DNA of 64,000 bases from a virus, in the IMG/VR virus record IMGVR_UViG_3300045988_168552, one strand, 5' to 3'. The translations under genes were made by a program, and so were the position numbers. Shown one piece after another: positions 22,655-33,304 of the stretch; the first letter of the stretch is position 1; each line of letters opens with the position of its first letter. Below the pieces are notes generated by a model, which searched no databases, was not told where the DNA came from, and saw only the letters and a program-made list of their open reading frames with translations.

Positions 22655-25600
22655 ATGTTATTCCACCCGATATTGAACCAGATTGCCAACCTTGACATGG
22701 CATTCCTCGTAAAGCCAGCCGATGAGCAGCGCATCGAGGGACAGACTGCCTGTTTCTGTCCGCTCTGCCAGAAGGAAGAGGCAGACGATGGCGAGCAGGG
22801 CAAGGCAAAACAGACACCACACCTCATTATATACAATAATGAGCGTGGCGGTATGTATAACGGCGTAGGGGTGGATAATAATACCAAGGCAGAGCACGGT
22901 GCCCTGCGCTGGATGTGTACCAAGACCGGTAAATACGGCTACGGTGCGATCGAGCTTTATGCTGCCATGCGCAAGCTGCCGATGCACGGAGCCAGTCTGC
23001 TGCGTCTTTGCCACGACCTCGTAGTGAGGGTATGTGGCGACAACGAGAAGACGAAAGCCAAATGGCCTGCGCTCTTTGCCAAGATGGACTATCGGACAAT
23101 CGCTCCACAAACGATAGAGACATTCTCTTTTATGCCCAAAACTGATTTCAACCCCCAGGAGCTTGCAGCCCTGGGGTGCGAAGTCACATCAGTAAAAGGC
23201 ATCCCTCAGTACGGCTTCGGAAAGGACTTCAATACAAGAATGCTGAATGAAGATTTCCGTATCTATGCCGTGGACCAGGTGACGCTGCCAAACGTAGTGA
23301 GAAACGGACAACTGGTGAGTGAAGTGATTTACGGCACTCCCTGGAACCCGCTGTTCGTCTGCTTCGCTACAGACGTAATAGCGCCGCAGGGAAGCTGCGG
23401 ATGCTTCTTCCGTCCAGCCATGCAGCAAGACCCGATAGTCTTCTCCACCAGCGAGGACCACAGCGTGAGAAAAGTGAGCAAGTGGCTGATGGGCGATAAG
23501 GTTTTTACCTATGCGATGGATCATCGGAGTAACAACTCTACTGCCGTTCACTCGGCTATAGAAAAGTTGCAACCGGGAGAACCTTATACAGAGACTAAGG
23601 AAATTTGGGTAGAGAATGAAACGAAAGAAGGAGCGCCGAAAGGTACTTACCATAGCGAAGAAGAACCTATAGAAGTAGGCGACATCAAGGCTCAGAACAT
23701 CGTTTTCTGTCGAACACCAGAAGACGCATTGAGTATCTATTACGCCATGCGTTCCCTGCGTCAGGATAAGGCGCAGGATAAACATTTTCAGAAATACTGC
23801 TGGTACCACGTAGCTTTCTCGTTAGGCAGAAGAAACTTCTGGTATATCGAGCGTGGGCAGTGGAGGCAGGAAAAGTTAGACTTCAATGCCCTGCAGTATC
23901 AGAAAATGAAGCGATTTGCCGAGAGGGTTATTATGATTTACCCTAACGACATCGCCAGCCAGAGGGATTGCGGAGCCATCGCAACCAAGTATTGCGATAT
24001 TTGTTATGCCACATTACCCGATGGATTCAGAAGTAGATATAATCAAAGGTGGAACTGGTTGTATGGCTGTTCTCCACGAAGCGTGAGAGATTATCTGATG
24101 TGTTACCACATGGATGATGCCGACAACTTCAAGTTCGACCACGATATAAGGTTGCCGTTATATTCGCGGTTGCGGGGTGCCAACAATACGGACCCATTTG
24201 AGATAGAATATCCCCGAGACCCGAGAAGCGGCAAGCCTAAACCGCCTACCTGCAAGGTATCGCCTACAAAGGTTTGGCTCTTTATGACTTGCCATGGCTA
24301 TTACAGAATGGTAGATCCAGAGAGTACCGACCTCGTAGGTCAGTATATCCACCTGGATAGATGTTTCGTAGAATACATCGACCAGAAGAGTATCATCCAG
24401 GCAACAAAAAACCAACTTCTGCAGTTTACCGAACAGAGTTGGCGGCATAATAACCAGGAGCGCAAGATGATGTCAGATTGCGCCAACCTGATAGACAAGA
24501 ATTTCAGTGAGAAATCGGCTGGAGGCTTGCAAAGTATGGTGATAGACTTCACCGAGAGCTTCGATGCCCATACGGAATATTTCTTTTTCCGAAATGTAGC
24601 GTTGAAAATCACTCCCGAAACTATCATGCCAGTCAGCTACGAGAAGTTGAATTTCTTCATCCCAGCCCTGGCAAAGAAACCGTATGATTTCACGATGAGG
24701 GTTTTCAATCCTCCTTTTGTTATCAGCGAAAGCCAGGAATATAAGGATAAAGTGGCTGCCATTGCCCAAGAGGAAGCGCAGGTTAATGAGGATGGCTCAC
24801 CAGTCTTTACGAGAGCCGAAATCGACCAGAAGAAGAAAGACTTGGATGAATGGTCTCATACCTATCAGTGGTACGTAGATTGGCAAGGTAAGCAGGAGAA
24901 AGAACTTTGGGCACCGCTCCGTGTTATCAGAGGCTGTTCCAACGTATTGTGGCGAAGAGAACGTGATGCGATTCGTAACAAGGAACCTCTTACCAAAGAA
25001 GAACAGGCTATCATTGATTCTCATTTTGCCAACATGATTTCCTGCATCGGAAGAGTGTGCTATCGTTCTTGGGCAGATATGACAACTATATGCCCATATC
25101 TTCTGGAAGATGAAGTGAAGGATGAGAAACAGGCAAGTGGTGGTACGGGAAAATCCATGATGATTAATATCCTCGTCAACTCGGCCGTAAATGTACTGCA
25201 TATAGACCTGAAGAAATACAAGACAGAAGACAAAGCGCAGTTTGCGCTTACTGATATTCTGAAGTATCCTGGAAAATATAGGGTAGTGCATTGGGAGGAT
25301 AAACCATCTAATTTCTCGGTGGAATACTTCTATAATATAGTCACATCAGGTTCGCAGGTTGAACGGAAGTTCGGAGATCCAATATCACTGAATCTGGATA
25401 ACTCTCCTATCAATGTCATATCAAGTAACTCACAGCTGAATAATGCGGCAGGTTCTACCGCCAGACGTTTTCCGCTGGTATCGTTTTCTGATAGATTTGC
25501 AGGAGCCAATCCGATGCTGCATGAGTTGGAACGTTCACCTAAAGACTTAATGAAAAGTCTTGCAGATTCTCCCGAGAAGATAGCTGAGCGAGACCGCAAT

Positions 25601-26335
25601 CAAATCATTTACATCTGCGCTCTTGCCGTCCAGTTCATCATGCGCTATCATACCTTTGCTATCGCCCCTCAGAAGAACGTTCAGCGAAGATTGATGGTAA
25701 GGGAAATGACCGAAAATTCGGTGAACTACTTTGAGTGGTTCTTCAGTCGCAATGATGTCTATGGAGTACCTATCTGCGCAGACGACATGTTTAGTGAGTT
25801 TATGCGAGATTGGTCTGATGCCAGCGAGGGCAAGAGCAAGGAATATAGCCGAGCTACCTTCAAGAAGAAAATCAGGAAGTATTGCGAACACATGGGTATT
25901 ACCTGCAATCCTGATAATCTCTTGGTAGGTGAGGACAACAAGCGCCATGGCTGCTTCAAACTCCGTGCCTGGGTAACGGAGGAATACTTCGTAGGCAGAG
26001 AGTGGGAGAATGATGATAGCGTCGAGCCGAAACTCATCCGCAGGGTAAAGACGAGCAAGCACGTCTATTTCTTCTTCCGTAGCGGCAAGGATCATATTCC
26101 TGAAAGCTACGACGAGTTAAAGCGGATAGCGAAGGAATATGTAGAAGGTCCCGACCCATTACCGTACCGTGATGACGATGGCAACATCGTCTCCCTCACC
26201 TCAGAAGAGGAAGAACGCTGGAAGGCATTCACCTCCCGCAAGCAGGGCAGAAGGCAAGCGATACCTAACGGCAGCAATAGCAGCAATGCAGCAGCTACGG
26301 TAGGCGAAATAGATAAGAGCGACTTGCCGTTCTAG
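22655..26335 (+). CDS. Primase-helicase fusion (Zn-finger and toprim-like N-terminal part plus P-loop D5/P4-type SF3 helicase part)
   Basis: CPLCQ...WMCTKTGKYGYGAIELYAAM (primase-type zinc-binding region). NIVFCRTPEDAL and IMIYPNDIAS (toprim-like E and DxD). Walker A SGGTGKSMMIN with HWED downstream. 1226 aa. Confidence 0.8.
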   Translation: MLFHPILNQIANLDMAFLVKPADEQRIEGQTACFCPLCQKEEADDGEQGKAKQTPHLIIYNNERGGMYNGVGVDNNTKAEHGALRWMCTKTGKYGYGAIELYAAMRKLPMHGASLLRLCHDLVVRVCGDNEKTKAKWPALFAKMDYRTIAPQTIETFSFMPKTDFNPQELAALGCEVTSVKGIPQYGFGKDFNTRMLNEDFRIYAVDQVTLPNVVRNGQLVSEVIYGTPWNPLFVCFATDVIAPQGSCGCFFRPAMQQDPIVFSTSEDHSVRKVSKWLMGDKVFTYAMDHRSNNSTAVHSAIEKLQPGEPYTETKEIWVENETKEGAPKGTYHSEEEPIEVGDIKAQNIVFCRTPEDALSIYYAMRSLRQDKAQDKHFQKYCWYHVAFSLGRRNFWYIERGQWRQEKLDFNALQYQKMKRFAERVIMIYPNDIASQRDCGAIATKYCDICYATLPDGFRSRYNQRWNWLYGCSPRSVRDYLMCYHMDDADNFKFDHDIRLPLYSRLRGANNTDPFEIEYPRDPRSGKPKPPTCKVSPTKVWLFMTCHGYYRMVDPESTDLVGQYIHLDRCFVEYIDQKSIIQATKNQLLQFTEQSWRHNNQERKMMSDCANLIDKNFSEKSAGGLQSMVIDFTESFDAHTEYFFFRNVALKITPETIMPVSYEKLNFFIPALAKKPYDFTMRVFNPPFVISESQEYKDKVAAIAQEEAQVNEDGSPVFTRAEIDQKKKDLDEWSHTYQWYVDWQGKQEKELWAPLRVIRGCSNVLWRRERDAIRNKEPLTKEEQAIIDSHFANMISCIGRVCYRSWADMTTICPYLLEDEVKDEKQASGGTGKSMMINILVNSAVNVLHIDLKKYKTEDKAQFALTDILKYPGKYRVVHWEDKPSNFSVEYFYNIVTSGSQVERKFGDPISLNLDNSPINVISSNSQLNNAAGSTARRFPLVSFSDRFAGANPMLHELERSPKDLMKSLADSPEKIAERDRNQIIYICALAVQFIMRYHTFAIAPQKNVQRRLMVREMTENSVNYFEWFFSRNDVYGVPICADDMFSEFMRDWSDASEGKSKEYSRATFKKKIRKYCEHMGITCNPDNLLVGEDNKRHGCFKLRAWVTEEYFVGREWENDDSVEPKLIRRVKTSKHVYFFFRSGKDHIPESYDELKRIAKEYVEGPDPLPYRDDDGNIVSLTSEEEERWKAFTSRKQGRRQAIPNGSNSSNAAATVGEIDKSDLPF

Positions 26336-26338
26336 TCA

Positions 26339-26365
26339 CCGTTCCCGGCGATTCTATCGCTGGTC
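26339..26365 (+). repeat. Dispersed hairpin element, copy 5 (23 nt before the ATG at 26388)
   Basis: CCGTTCCCGGCGATTCTATCGCTGGTC. The stem CCGGCGA/TCGCTGG has one G.U pair in plus-sense RNA. Confidence 0.85.
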
Positions 26366-26387
26366 ATCTTAAACTCAGAAAGCAAAA

Positions 26388-26642
26388 ATGGCAAAGAAAG
26401 AAGAAACAAAGAAGAAAGGCATCCGGGTAGCCAATCGGCAAGCCTGGGTAGATACCTTTGTGTATCTCTGCCCTTGTCACCGAGGCGGTACAGGCCCCGG
26501 TGAGTATTGTGAGAATCCAGACGGTACCCGAACCAACTGCACGGGCAGATGCACCTATACCGGTAGCGGAGCCTGCGAGCAGGTAACGCAGTTCTTCAAA
26601 ACATATCTTAAATTTGTAAACAAGGAAATTGAATTTCTATAA
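26388..26642 (+). CDS. Cys-rich small protein
   Basis: 84 aa with CPCHRGG..C..C..C..C cysteines. Confidence 0.5.
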   Translation: MAKKEETKKKGIRVANRQAWVDTFVYLCPCHRGGTGPGEYCENPDGTRTNCTGRCTYTGSGACEQVTQFFKTYLKFVNKEIEFL

Positions 26643-26656
26643 AAAATAAAAGCAAA

Positions 26657-27853
26657 ATGAAAATACAAGCGCAATCATCTCTCTTGCTCCGTCAGGCTTT
26701 GCAGAAGGCTGCGAAGTGTATCGACAGCAAGACCGCTATCGCCATCTTGAGCAACGTGCTCTTAACCCAGCGCAAGGAAGACGGTAAGTTCTTCTTCGTA
26801 TCAGCTACCACTGATTCCGAACTCACCATTCCTGCACCCCTTACCATCGTAGAGGGCAGCTTCAAGGAAGATGTCGTTCTGCCTATCACGTCTCTGTTAT
26901 CACTCCTCTCCACCCTTCCTGCTGACTGCGTAGTCACCATGGACCTCTCTCAGGACAAGGATCACTGTTTGAACATCGAGTACTGCACTCAGAACGGCGA
27001 AAATGTAAAGAAGGGCAACGTGAGTCTGGTATATTTCAGCGCAGAGGCATTCCCTCGGGCTGCGCAGCCCGATAATGCCAGTCTTCACATCTCTCTGCCG
27101 ATGGCATCCTTCAGCAATGTACTTTCTCATGCCGGCAAGTTCGTATCCGATTCCGAGCTTCGCCCAGTGATGAGATGCCTCTGCATCGATGTAGCCGAGG
27201 ATAGAAGTGAGGTTATCTTTGTAGCCTCCAACGGCCACGTCCTCATTAAACTGATTCATACCAACAATCCTGATTCAGGAGGCAGCAACTTCTTCCGTAG
27301 CGGAACACCGGGAAAGATTCTCGTATATAGCTCCTTCTTCAAGACTTTTTCAGCTTTCGATGGTGAAGAGGATATTGATATTGAGGCAAACGAGAGCATG
27401 GTGAGATTCACGGCAGGTGACATTACCTTCGTCTGCAAGAAGGCAGAGGGCCAATACCCTAACTACAATTCCGTGATTCCTCGCAACAACCCTTATAAGG
27501 TTACAGTAGATAAGCGGGAGTTGGCAAGCGTAGTAAAGCGCGTGGCACTCTTCTCCAGCGAGAGCAGCAACCTGATTGTCCTGAAGAAGGACGGCATGTT
27601 CCTGGATATTTCTGCCCAGGACTTAGACTTCAATATGTCAGCCAACGACCAGGTGCTCATCACCGACGGCAGTTGTCCGGAAGGTCATAGCATCGGTTTC
27701 AAGGCAAGCAGTCTGCTTGATGTCCTGGCACCAATCCCAAGTGATACCGTCACCCTTCATCTGGGTGACCCAAGCCGTGCAGGAGTCGTCACCGCCAACG
27801 AGTCTTCACCCCGAGCGTTGACCCTGCTCATGCCGATGATTTTGAACGAATAA
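26657..27853 (+). CDS. dnaN: DNA polymerase III beta sliding clamp
   Basis: The N-terminus LLRQALQKAAKCIDSKTAIAILSNVLL, the motif EGQYPNYNSVIP and the C-terminal LTLLMPMIL are typical of DnaN. 398 aa. Confidence 0.9.
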   Translation: MKIQAQSSLLLRQALQKAAKCIDSKTAIAILSNVLLTQRKEDGKFFFVSATTDSELTIPAPLTIVEGSFKEDVVLPITSLLSLLSTLPADCVVTMDLSQDKDHCLNIEYCTQNGENVKKGNVSLVYFSAEAFPRAAQPDNASLHISLPMASFSNVLSHAGKFVSDSELRPVMRCLCIDVAEDRSEVIFVASNGHVLIKLIHTNNPDSGGSNFFRSGTPGKILVYSSFFKTFSAFDGEEDIDIEANESMVRFTAGDITFVCKKAEGQYPNYNSVIPRNNPYKVTVDKRELASVVKRVALFSSESSNLIVLKKDGMFLDISAQDLDFNMSANDQVLITDGSCPEGHSIGFKASSLLDVLAPIPSDTVTLHLGDPSRAGVVTANESSPRALTLLMPMILNE

Positions 27854-27881
27854 TAGATTCTCAGAAAATACTGATAAGATT

Positions 27882-28598
27882 ATGGATGATACTTTGTTAT
27901 TCATACCTCCCTGCTGTGTAGATAAAAAGCTGCCCAAGGCAGTGATGCAGGCTCCACGGCGAGCATTGAGCTTCTACACTCACGGTGATGTGCTGCTGGA
28001 TAAATTCTTCCACGCCATAGGATATTTGGCGGACGTGAATCCCAATCGGGCACAGAAAAAGCATTTCTGCGTGATGGTGCTGGCGATGACCGTAAGCAGA
28101 ACATCCGCCACTGGATATATGGTCCAGTATTTACGCACCTGCTTCGATCGGAAATGGATCACCCACCTGGTACTCTCCACCGATAAGAATGTGGAAGATT
28201 GGATAGATGTTCACCTGCAGGAGTATAAGGACCGCATCTTATATACCAGCCACAAGGACGTAAGTACTCAGACCTCGCACCTGGTTCTCTACAATGAGGA
28301 GAAGGCTTTCACCCTGGCGGGTCCGATGCTCGATGCCCAAAACGGCAAACTGTCGCATTATATGATGGTCCTCTATCCCGACTATTCGGCTTGCAGCAAT
28401 GCCTCCGACTGGTCGAACCCGCTGCGAAATATCTGTTTGCCTGATATATTGCGACACCGGCAGCGGGTAGCCAAGAGCAAGCTGGAGGTAAAGAGTATGA
28501 TCCTCGACCGATTTCTGCATGCGAACTTGCCGCCTTATCCGGAAGACAAGGAGCAGGAAAGTCATCGTGACTATCACGATTTCGGTGGAATGATGTAG
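27882..28598 (+). CDS. Hypothetical protein
   Basis: 238-aa ORF. Confidence 0.55.
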   Translation: MDDTLLFIPPCCVDKKLPKAVMQAPRRALSFYTHGDVLLDKFFHAIGYLADVNPNRAQKKHFCVMVLAMTVSRTSATGYMVQYLRTCFDRKWITHLVLSTDKNVEDWIDVHLQEYKDRILYTSHKDVSTQTSHLVLYNEEKAFTLAGPMLDAQNGKLSHYMMVLYPDYSACSNASDWSNPLRNICLPDILRHRQRVAKSKLEVKSMILDRFLHANLPPYPEDKEQESHRDYHDFGGMM

Positions 28599-28629
28599 GC
28601 ATTTATAAACCGATAAATAAAGTGTTGTT

Positions 28630-28941
28630 ATGGCAAAATATCATCAGTCTTATCAGAACCTCCGCCAGTTCTGCGAAAAGTGGCAGTGGATAGACCCCCG
28701 CAGCGGACAGCAGGTAACTGGCTATGTGCATCCGCAGACAGCGAGGAAAGTAGAGCGCAAGCCGTTCTACATCAAATTCCTCACCAAGACTGGACACGTA
28801 GATGAGGGCGAATGCGTCTGTCTGAAGGTGGATATTATGCGCCACCAGAGAAAGGTGCAGTTCGTCAAGAGCGGAGAAATCAGGGTAGTGAACGATATAC
28901 TGGTACTGGAAGTAGATGGTACCAGGTTCATCACCCATTAA
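28630..28941 (+). CDS. Hypothetical protein
   Basis: 103-aa ORF. Confidence 0.5.
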   Translation: MAKYHQSYQNLRQFCEKWQWIDPRSGQQVTGYVHPQTARKVERKPFYIKFLTKTGHVDEGECVCLKVDIMRHQRKVQFVKSGEIRVVNDILVLEVDGTRFITH

Positions 28942-29183
28942 AGAAGCATCTTCATGTTTAAGAATAGATCAAAATACGGTTTCTAAACTCTAAAGTGTTC
29001 ATCTTTTTTTAGGTGAAATTTTGAGATTGAGCCTTTAGCGAAAGGCAGCATAACAAGGTAATAAAGTTCGTGTAAGGTAAAAAGCAATGCAGGTTTCTAC
29101 CATGTACCTGCACCTCCCTGGTTCGTGAGAATAGGGCGCTTTTTCTTAACTAGAGTATTCATTTTAAAAACAAGATATAAACA

Positions 29184-29741
29184 ATGTGGAATCCATTTAA
29201 GAGAATCAGACAGAAGTTGTCGGTCAAGCGTCTGAGACATATCTCCAGCGCCGTATCGACACTCAAGAAGTTAGAGCGTGACGGTCTGCTTCACTGGCAG
29301 GTAAAGGGCAAGACCCTTCTGTTGGAACAGAGCCTTGCCATCGTTATGATGTCGCATGGCAGAAAGGACTTCATGAAGTTCCTCGACCTCGTAGCTCAGT
29401 ATAAGAACGCTGAACTGATAAGCGATGCCTACGAGCAGCAGCGCATCGACCTGGAAACGGCAGCCGTAAGAAAGGCGCAGGAGCAGACCAAGACCAAACT
29501 TACCGATGCTGATATTCAGCGCATCCGTCAGAATGCACGCGAAGATATACAGCATATCGACATCAGTAGTATTTTGAATGCTATTAACGCGTTCGATATT
29601 ATGATCATCCGCAGCAATGCCGTATCAGAGCAGGAAGCAACCCAGGAAGGCGGTCAGCTCGTAGCCGTCGGTCATTACGATGGCAAGAAGGTGGAAATGG
29701 CAATGTGGGATGAAATCAAGAATGAATTGTCCCAAGGATAA
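29184..29741 (+). CDS. Hypothetical protein
   Basis: 185-aa ORF after a 240-nt hairpin-containing spacer. Confidence 0.55.
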   Translation: MWNPFKRIRQKLSVKRLRHISSAVSTLKKLERDGLLHWQVKGKTLLLEQSLAIVMMSHGRKDFMKFLDLVAQYKNAELISDAYEQQRIDLETAAVRKAQEQTKTKLTDADIQRIRQNAREDIQHIDISSILNAINAFDIMIIRSNAVSEQEATQEGGQLVAVGHYDGKKVEMAMWDEIKNELSQG

Positions 29742-29747
29742 GAGCTT

Positions 29748-30131
29748 ATGAGAGCAGTTATATTCGCCAAGGGATTTTGGCTGTATAGCCAACTGAGTGT
29801 AGCCAGATATTCCGGAGGCATAGATATATCAGAACCAGGAGATGACAAGCGCCATTTCCTGATTGTGGATGAGAAAGGTCAGCCGTTTTGTGGCGACCTC
29901 TCACCTGAAAACGTCCAAGCCGATTTGGTGGATAAGGAGTTTATTCCTCTCTACAAGAAGCTGGGCAGAGATTTGTTTATCTCCATCGTCAAGGCAAATC
30001 CTTTGATGTCCCGCAAGGATTTGAAGCAACGTCTCACTGATGCTGCCGAAGTGAAGAAAGGTTACGAGGAGAAAATGAAGGCAGCGAAAGAAGCGAAGTT
30101 GAAGGCTCAAAACCCTTCGCTTTTTGACTAG
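29748..30131 (+). CDS. Hypothetical protein
   Basis: 127-aa ORF, 6 nt after the preceding stop. Confidence 0.5.
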   Translation: MRAVIFAKGFWLYSQLSVARYSGGIDISEPGDDKRHFLIVDEKGQPFCGDLSPENVQADLVDKEFIPLYKKLGRDLFISIVKANPLMSRKDLKQRLTDAAEVKKGYEEKMKAAKEAKLKAQNPSLFD

Positions 30132-30169
30132 AAAGAAAGTTTTTAATACATTAAAGGATTTATAGAGAA

Positions 30170-30655
30170 ATGAGAACATTAGAACAATTTCAGAAAGAAG
30201 TCCTTGCGCCGTTGCGTAAGGAGAGAGACGACAAGCATGCAGCAGCTTTGAAAATCAAGACCGATGGGGGGGCTGCCTTTGCGAAGCGTAAGAAGGAACT
30301 CGTGGAGAAAGAAGGGGAGTTCAAGGAGCATCAGAAATCCTGCCTGAAAGAGTTTCTGAGCAAGCAGACCTTGGAAAAGAAATCTTTCTTCGTCCTGCAG
30401 GATGCCGAGCGTGCCGATGCTCACGCTCAGTATCAGAAAGCTACCCAAGACTACAAGATTGCTAAACGCCGTGCCAACGAGGAATATATGGATAAGTTAG
30501 CCATAGCCTTTGCTGAGTACAACAAGGAGCGAGTAGCCGCAGGTGAGCAGCCTGTATATTACGACAACCGCCGTGAGATGTCAGCCGAAGAACATAATTC
30601 GTGCCATCAGGAGGATGGCTGGCCAGCAGACCCGGCACAAGAGGTTGAAGCATGA
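30170..30655 (+). CDS. Hypothetical charged/helical protein
   Basis: 161-aa K/E-rich ORF. Confidence 0.55.
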   Translation: MRTLEQFQKEVLAPLRKERDDKHAAALKIKTDGGAAFAKRKKELVEKEGEFKEHQKSCLKEFLSKQTLEKKSFFVLQDAERADAHAQYQKATQDYKIAKRRANEEYMDKLAIAFAEYNKERVAAGEQPVYYDNRREMSAEEHNSCHQEDGWPADPAQEVEA

Positions 30656-30689
30656 GTTTCAGAAATACAAAATAAACAATAATAAAAAC

Positions 30690-31763
30690 ATGAACACGAA
30701 ACAACAGAATATTCTCCGCTCATTACTCAAGAAGTATAAATACAAGAGCGTGAGCAACGTGGTTCGCCAGGCACTCGGAATCAACTTCGAGAACTTCCTA
30801 CAGAAGGCTGAACCTCTCTATATTCTCCCCCGCATCGCCTCCTGCTATGCCGACGAGAAAGACAAGAAGGATCTGAATGGCATTATCTACAAGGAATGGC
30901 TCAAAGACGTGGTAGAAAAAGAATGGGTAGCCCCTCTCAATACCTATATCGAGGAGCACGGAGACCGCATCGTTCTCTCTGCCATCTACTATCTCATAGA
31001 CAATGGTCTATGGGAAACCTACGAAGGTCGCCTCTCCCTGGGTTCCCAGGATGAAGCCTATTATGATAAGCTCTCCGATATGCCTTCCGCCATCGCTATG
31101 GTGCAGGAGCAGCAAGCCGAGGATAAGGCAGCCGAAAAAGCAGCCGAGGAAGCAGCAAAGAAGGAAGCCCAGCATTCAGCCGAGGAGAGTGCCCCCGTTC
31201 CCAGCGATTCCATCGCTGGTCAACCCCCCGGCTATACCCTAACCGCCGAAGAAGCCGCAGCCCTCATCGCCACCACCTCCGATACCTGCTCCCAGCTAAA
31301 GCAGAACATCGAGCGCCTGTTTGATTTCATTCACACCGCCACCGATACCGATGCCTTGCGCCAGAAGCTCGCCACACTTCAGCATCAGCTAGAAGATCAG
31401 AAATCTCAGCATCAGAAAGAAGTCACCACCCTGCAGCAGAAAATCGATGATGCCTATACTACGGCGAATAAAGCCAGCGATTACATCTCTAAGCTGAAGC
31501 AGGAAGCCAAGGAAACCCAGAAGCAGTACGATGAGCTGAATGCCAAATACAAGAAAGCCCTGGATGAGCGTGATGATGCCGACAAGGAGTTGGAAACTTG
31601 CAAGAAGCTCCTCGAAGAAGAAGCCAACCGTGAGCAGCTTCCTAAGAAGAAGGTTATCCCATATAGTGTGCTCGATGCCGTTCCACTTCTGGGCAAAGGC
31701 GTAATGACTGGTCTAGAACCCGTCCTCGCCAAATACAACATCATCATCGACCACAACAAGTAG
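30690..31763 (+). CDS. Hypothetical protein with C-terminal coiled coil
   Basis: Start set at the ATG at 30690 (MNTKQQN), after the stop of the previous gene. The linker AAEKAAEEAAKKEAQHSAEESAPVPSDSIAG contains repeat copy 6. Long coiled coil QKLATLQHQLEDQKSQHQKE... Confidence 0.6.
   Translation: MNTKQQNILRSLLKKYKYKSVSNVVRQALGINFENFLQKAEPLYILPRIASCYADEKDKKDLNGIIYKEWLKDVVEKEWVAPLNTYIEEHGDRIVLSAIYYLIDNGLWETYEGRLSLGSQDEAYYDKLSDMPSAIAMVQEQQAEDKAAEKAAEEAAKKEAQHSAEESAPVPSDSIAGQPPGYTLTAEEAAALIATTSDTCSQLKQNIERLFDFIHTATDTDALRQKLATLQHQLEDQKSQHQKEVTTLQQKIDDAYTTANKASDYISKLKQEAKETQKQYDELNAKYKKALDERDDADKELETCKKLLEEEANREQLPKKKVIPYSVLDAVPLLGKGVMTGLEPVLAKYNIIIDHNK
31191..31221 (+). repeat. Dispersed hairpin element, copy 6 (inside a CDS, same frame as copy 1: APVPSDSIAGQ)
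   Basis: GCCCCCGTTCCCAGCGATTCCATCGCTGGTC. Shares the upstream GCCGAGGAGA with copy 1. Confidence 0.9.
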
Positions 31764-31765
31764 AA

Positions 31766-32470
31766 ATGCGTATGGATCAGGGTATCATCAATCCAAAGAG
31801 TCTGTTTCTCTCAAGGGTAGAAAGAAAGGACAACATCGTTCTGATGCCTACTCCTGCTGGTAGCCCCGAAGAGTTCGGCTGCATAAAATTCAACAACGCT
31901 ACAGAACGTATGTCGAAGCCACGAGTAGTAGATCATGCAGAAACGGATGTTGAATTTGTCTTCCGAAACAAGCTTGGCAGCGTTTATGCTGTGGTTTATC
32001 ACAACGAAAAGGGCGAGGTTCTCACAGATATGCTGACTAAGGCGAAAAGTTCTAAGTGGGAGTTTCATAACTTCAGAATCTTTTTTCTGCCTTGTTTTAC
32101 AAATGCTTATATCTCGTCGATATATGGCTACAGGCAGATTTCCGAATTGCAGGTTGCGCAGGAATTATCCCGCTTCTTCGCATTTGAAGGCGTTAAGTCA
32201 GTTATCGGAGATTATTCCATGCTGGCACTCCCCGGGGGTATAGCCGTAGCTCGGTGCATCTTCAAGGATGAATATATAGTTTCTGCTGAGTTGTTCGATT
32301 TCGTAACATACGAGTCTCTTGATAGGGATGAAATCAAGGACATCTACTATCAGGAGTTTCATCGACACATTTCCGGAGAAGAAATGAATATCTCTAATTT
32401 CCCCGAAGATCTTCTGAGGGAAATTCTTGAGGATAGTGTAGAGAAGATGCAGAAGAAATGTAATAAATAA
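31766..32470 (+). CDS. Hypothetical protein
   Basis: 234-aa ORF, 2 nt after the preceding stop. Confidence 0.6.
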   Translation: MRMDQGIINPKSLFLSRVERKDNIVLMPTPAGSPEEFGCIKFNNATERMSKPRVVDHAETDVEFVFRNKLGSVYAVVYHNEKGEVLTDMLTKAKSSKWEFHNFRIFFLPCFTNAYISSIYGYRQISELQVAQELSRFFAFEGVKSVIGDYSMLALPGGIAVARCIFKDEYIVSAELFDFVTYESLDRDEIKDIYYQEFHRHISGEEMNISNFPEDLLREILEDSVEKMQKKCNK

Positions 32471-32483
32471 AAACAAAGCAAGT

Positions 32484-32753
32484 ATGGATAAGAAAAAGTT
32501 AAAGAAACTCTTTTATGAGGTGAAAGCAACAACCTCAGATGTGATATTTACAGTATTCATGTTTGGCATGCTCTATCTGCTTATTCATGCGATTATCACC
32601 GATGTTAAAAGAGATGACAACCGCATAAAAGGTAGTAGCATCACCGTAACTTCAAAAGGTCACGAGTACATCATCTTTGAAACCGCCAGAGGCTACACCT
32701 GCTGCATTCACTCAGCCTCCTGCCCCTGCGAAAAAAATCACTTAAAGCGATAG
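32484..32753 (+). CDS. Small membrane-anchored protein
   Basis: 89 aa with the hydrophobic helix VIFTVFMFGMLYLLIHAII. Confidence 0.5.
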   Translation: MDKKKLKKLFYEVKATTSDVIFTVFMFGMLYLLIHAIITDVKRDDNRIKGSSITVTSKGHEYIIFETARGYTCCIHSASCPCEKNHLKR

Positions 32754-32755
32754 TT

Positions 32756-33304
32756 ATGGATAATAAAATGAATATGTTAAAAGAAACGCTAGGTGAGGAC
32801 GGTTTAGACCGTCTGGCTGGTTTATCTGATAAGTGCTTTTTCATTAAAAAGGAAGACATCGAAAAAACGTTTGGTCGGAATTTGATTAATGACGGAAGTA
32901 TTTTGGTAGGTGACAAGTCTCATTTTATTCCGGTTGATCTTACCAGTGATACGACAATCCAGGCAGAAGAACCAAGAAGAAGTTTCCGGTGTTCTTTCAC
33001 TATAGTAGATAAGCAGGAAGAACGTTATAATGCTCAGATGTTGGTAGTCTGCGTACTGCCGGTATTCGGTAAGTCGCTGTTTCCTGTAACTCCCCCTCAC
33101 CTTCCATTTCGATTGGCTGATGGCTACACAACGCTGTATCGCAACCGTCATAACTTCTTTTATGCGGCAATGAGAAATCTCTTCTCTCATTCCTTATCTG
33201 AGAAATCTGAAGAAGAGCAGTTGTTTGAAAGGCTAGAAACAGCGCAAGAGTTTGGCAATTATGAATATAACCCCCTGCTGACCAGCGATTCCATCGTTGG
33301 TTAG
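32756..33304 (+). CDS. Hypothetical protein
   Basis: 182-aa ORF. The C-terminal codons (TSDSIVG) are encoded by repeat copy 7. Confidence 0.55.
   Translation: MDNKMNMLKETLGEDGLDRLAGLSDKCFFIKKEDIEKTFGRNLINDGSILVGDKSHFIPVDLTSDTTIQAEEPRRSFRCSFTIVDKQEERYNAQMLVVCVLPVFGKSLFPVTPPHLPFRLADGYTTLYRNRHNFFYAAMRNLFSHSLSEKSEEEQLFERLETAQEFGNYEYNPLLTSDSIVG
33281..33301 (+). repeat. Dispersed hairpin element, copy 7 (hairpin part only; 3' end of a CDS, 30 nt before the ATG at 33331)
   Basis: ACCAGCGATTCCATCGTTGGT. The stem CCAGCGA/TCGTTGG has one G.U pair in plus-sense RNA. Confidence 0.8.

Noticed and set aside
22486-22923. Minus-strand ORF 22486..22923 (145 aa), spanning hairpin copy 4 and the primase start
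   Set aside because: It is antisense to the primase N-terminus, runs through a repeat element, and has Cys/Ser/Arg-rich composition.
30543-30689. Upstream start (30543) for the ORF ending at 31763
   Set aside because: It would overlap 30170..30655 by 113 nt. The ATG at 30690 follows that gene's stop and an A-rich leader.
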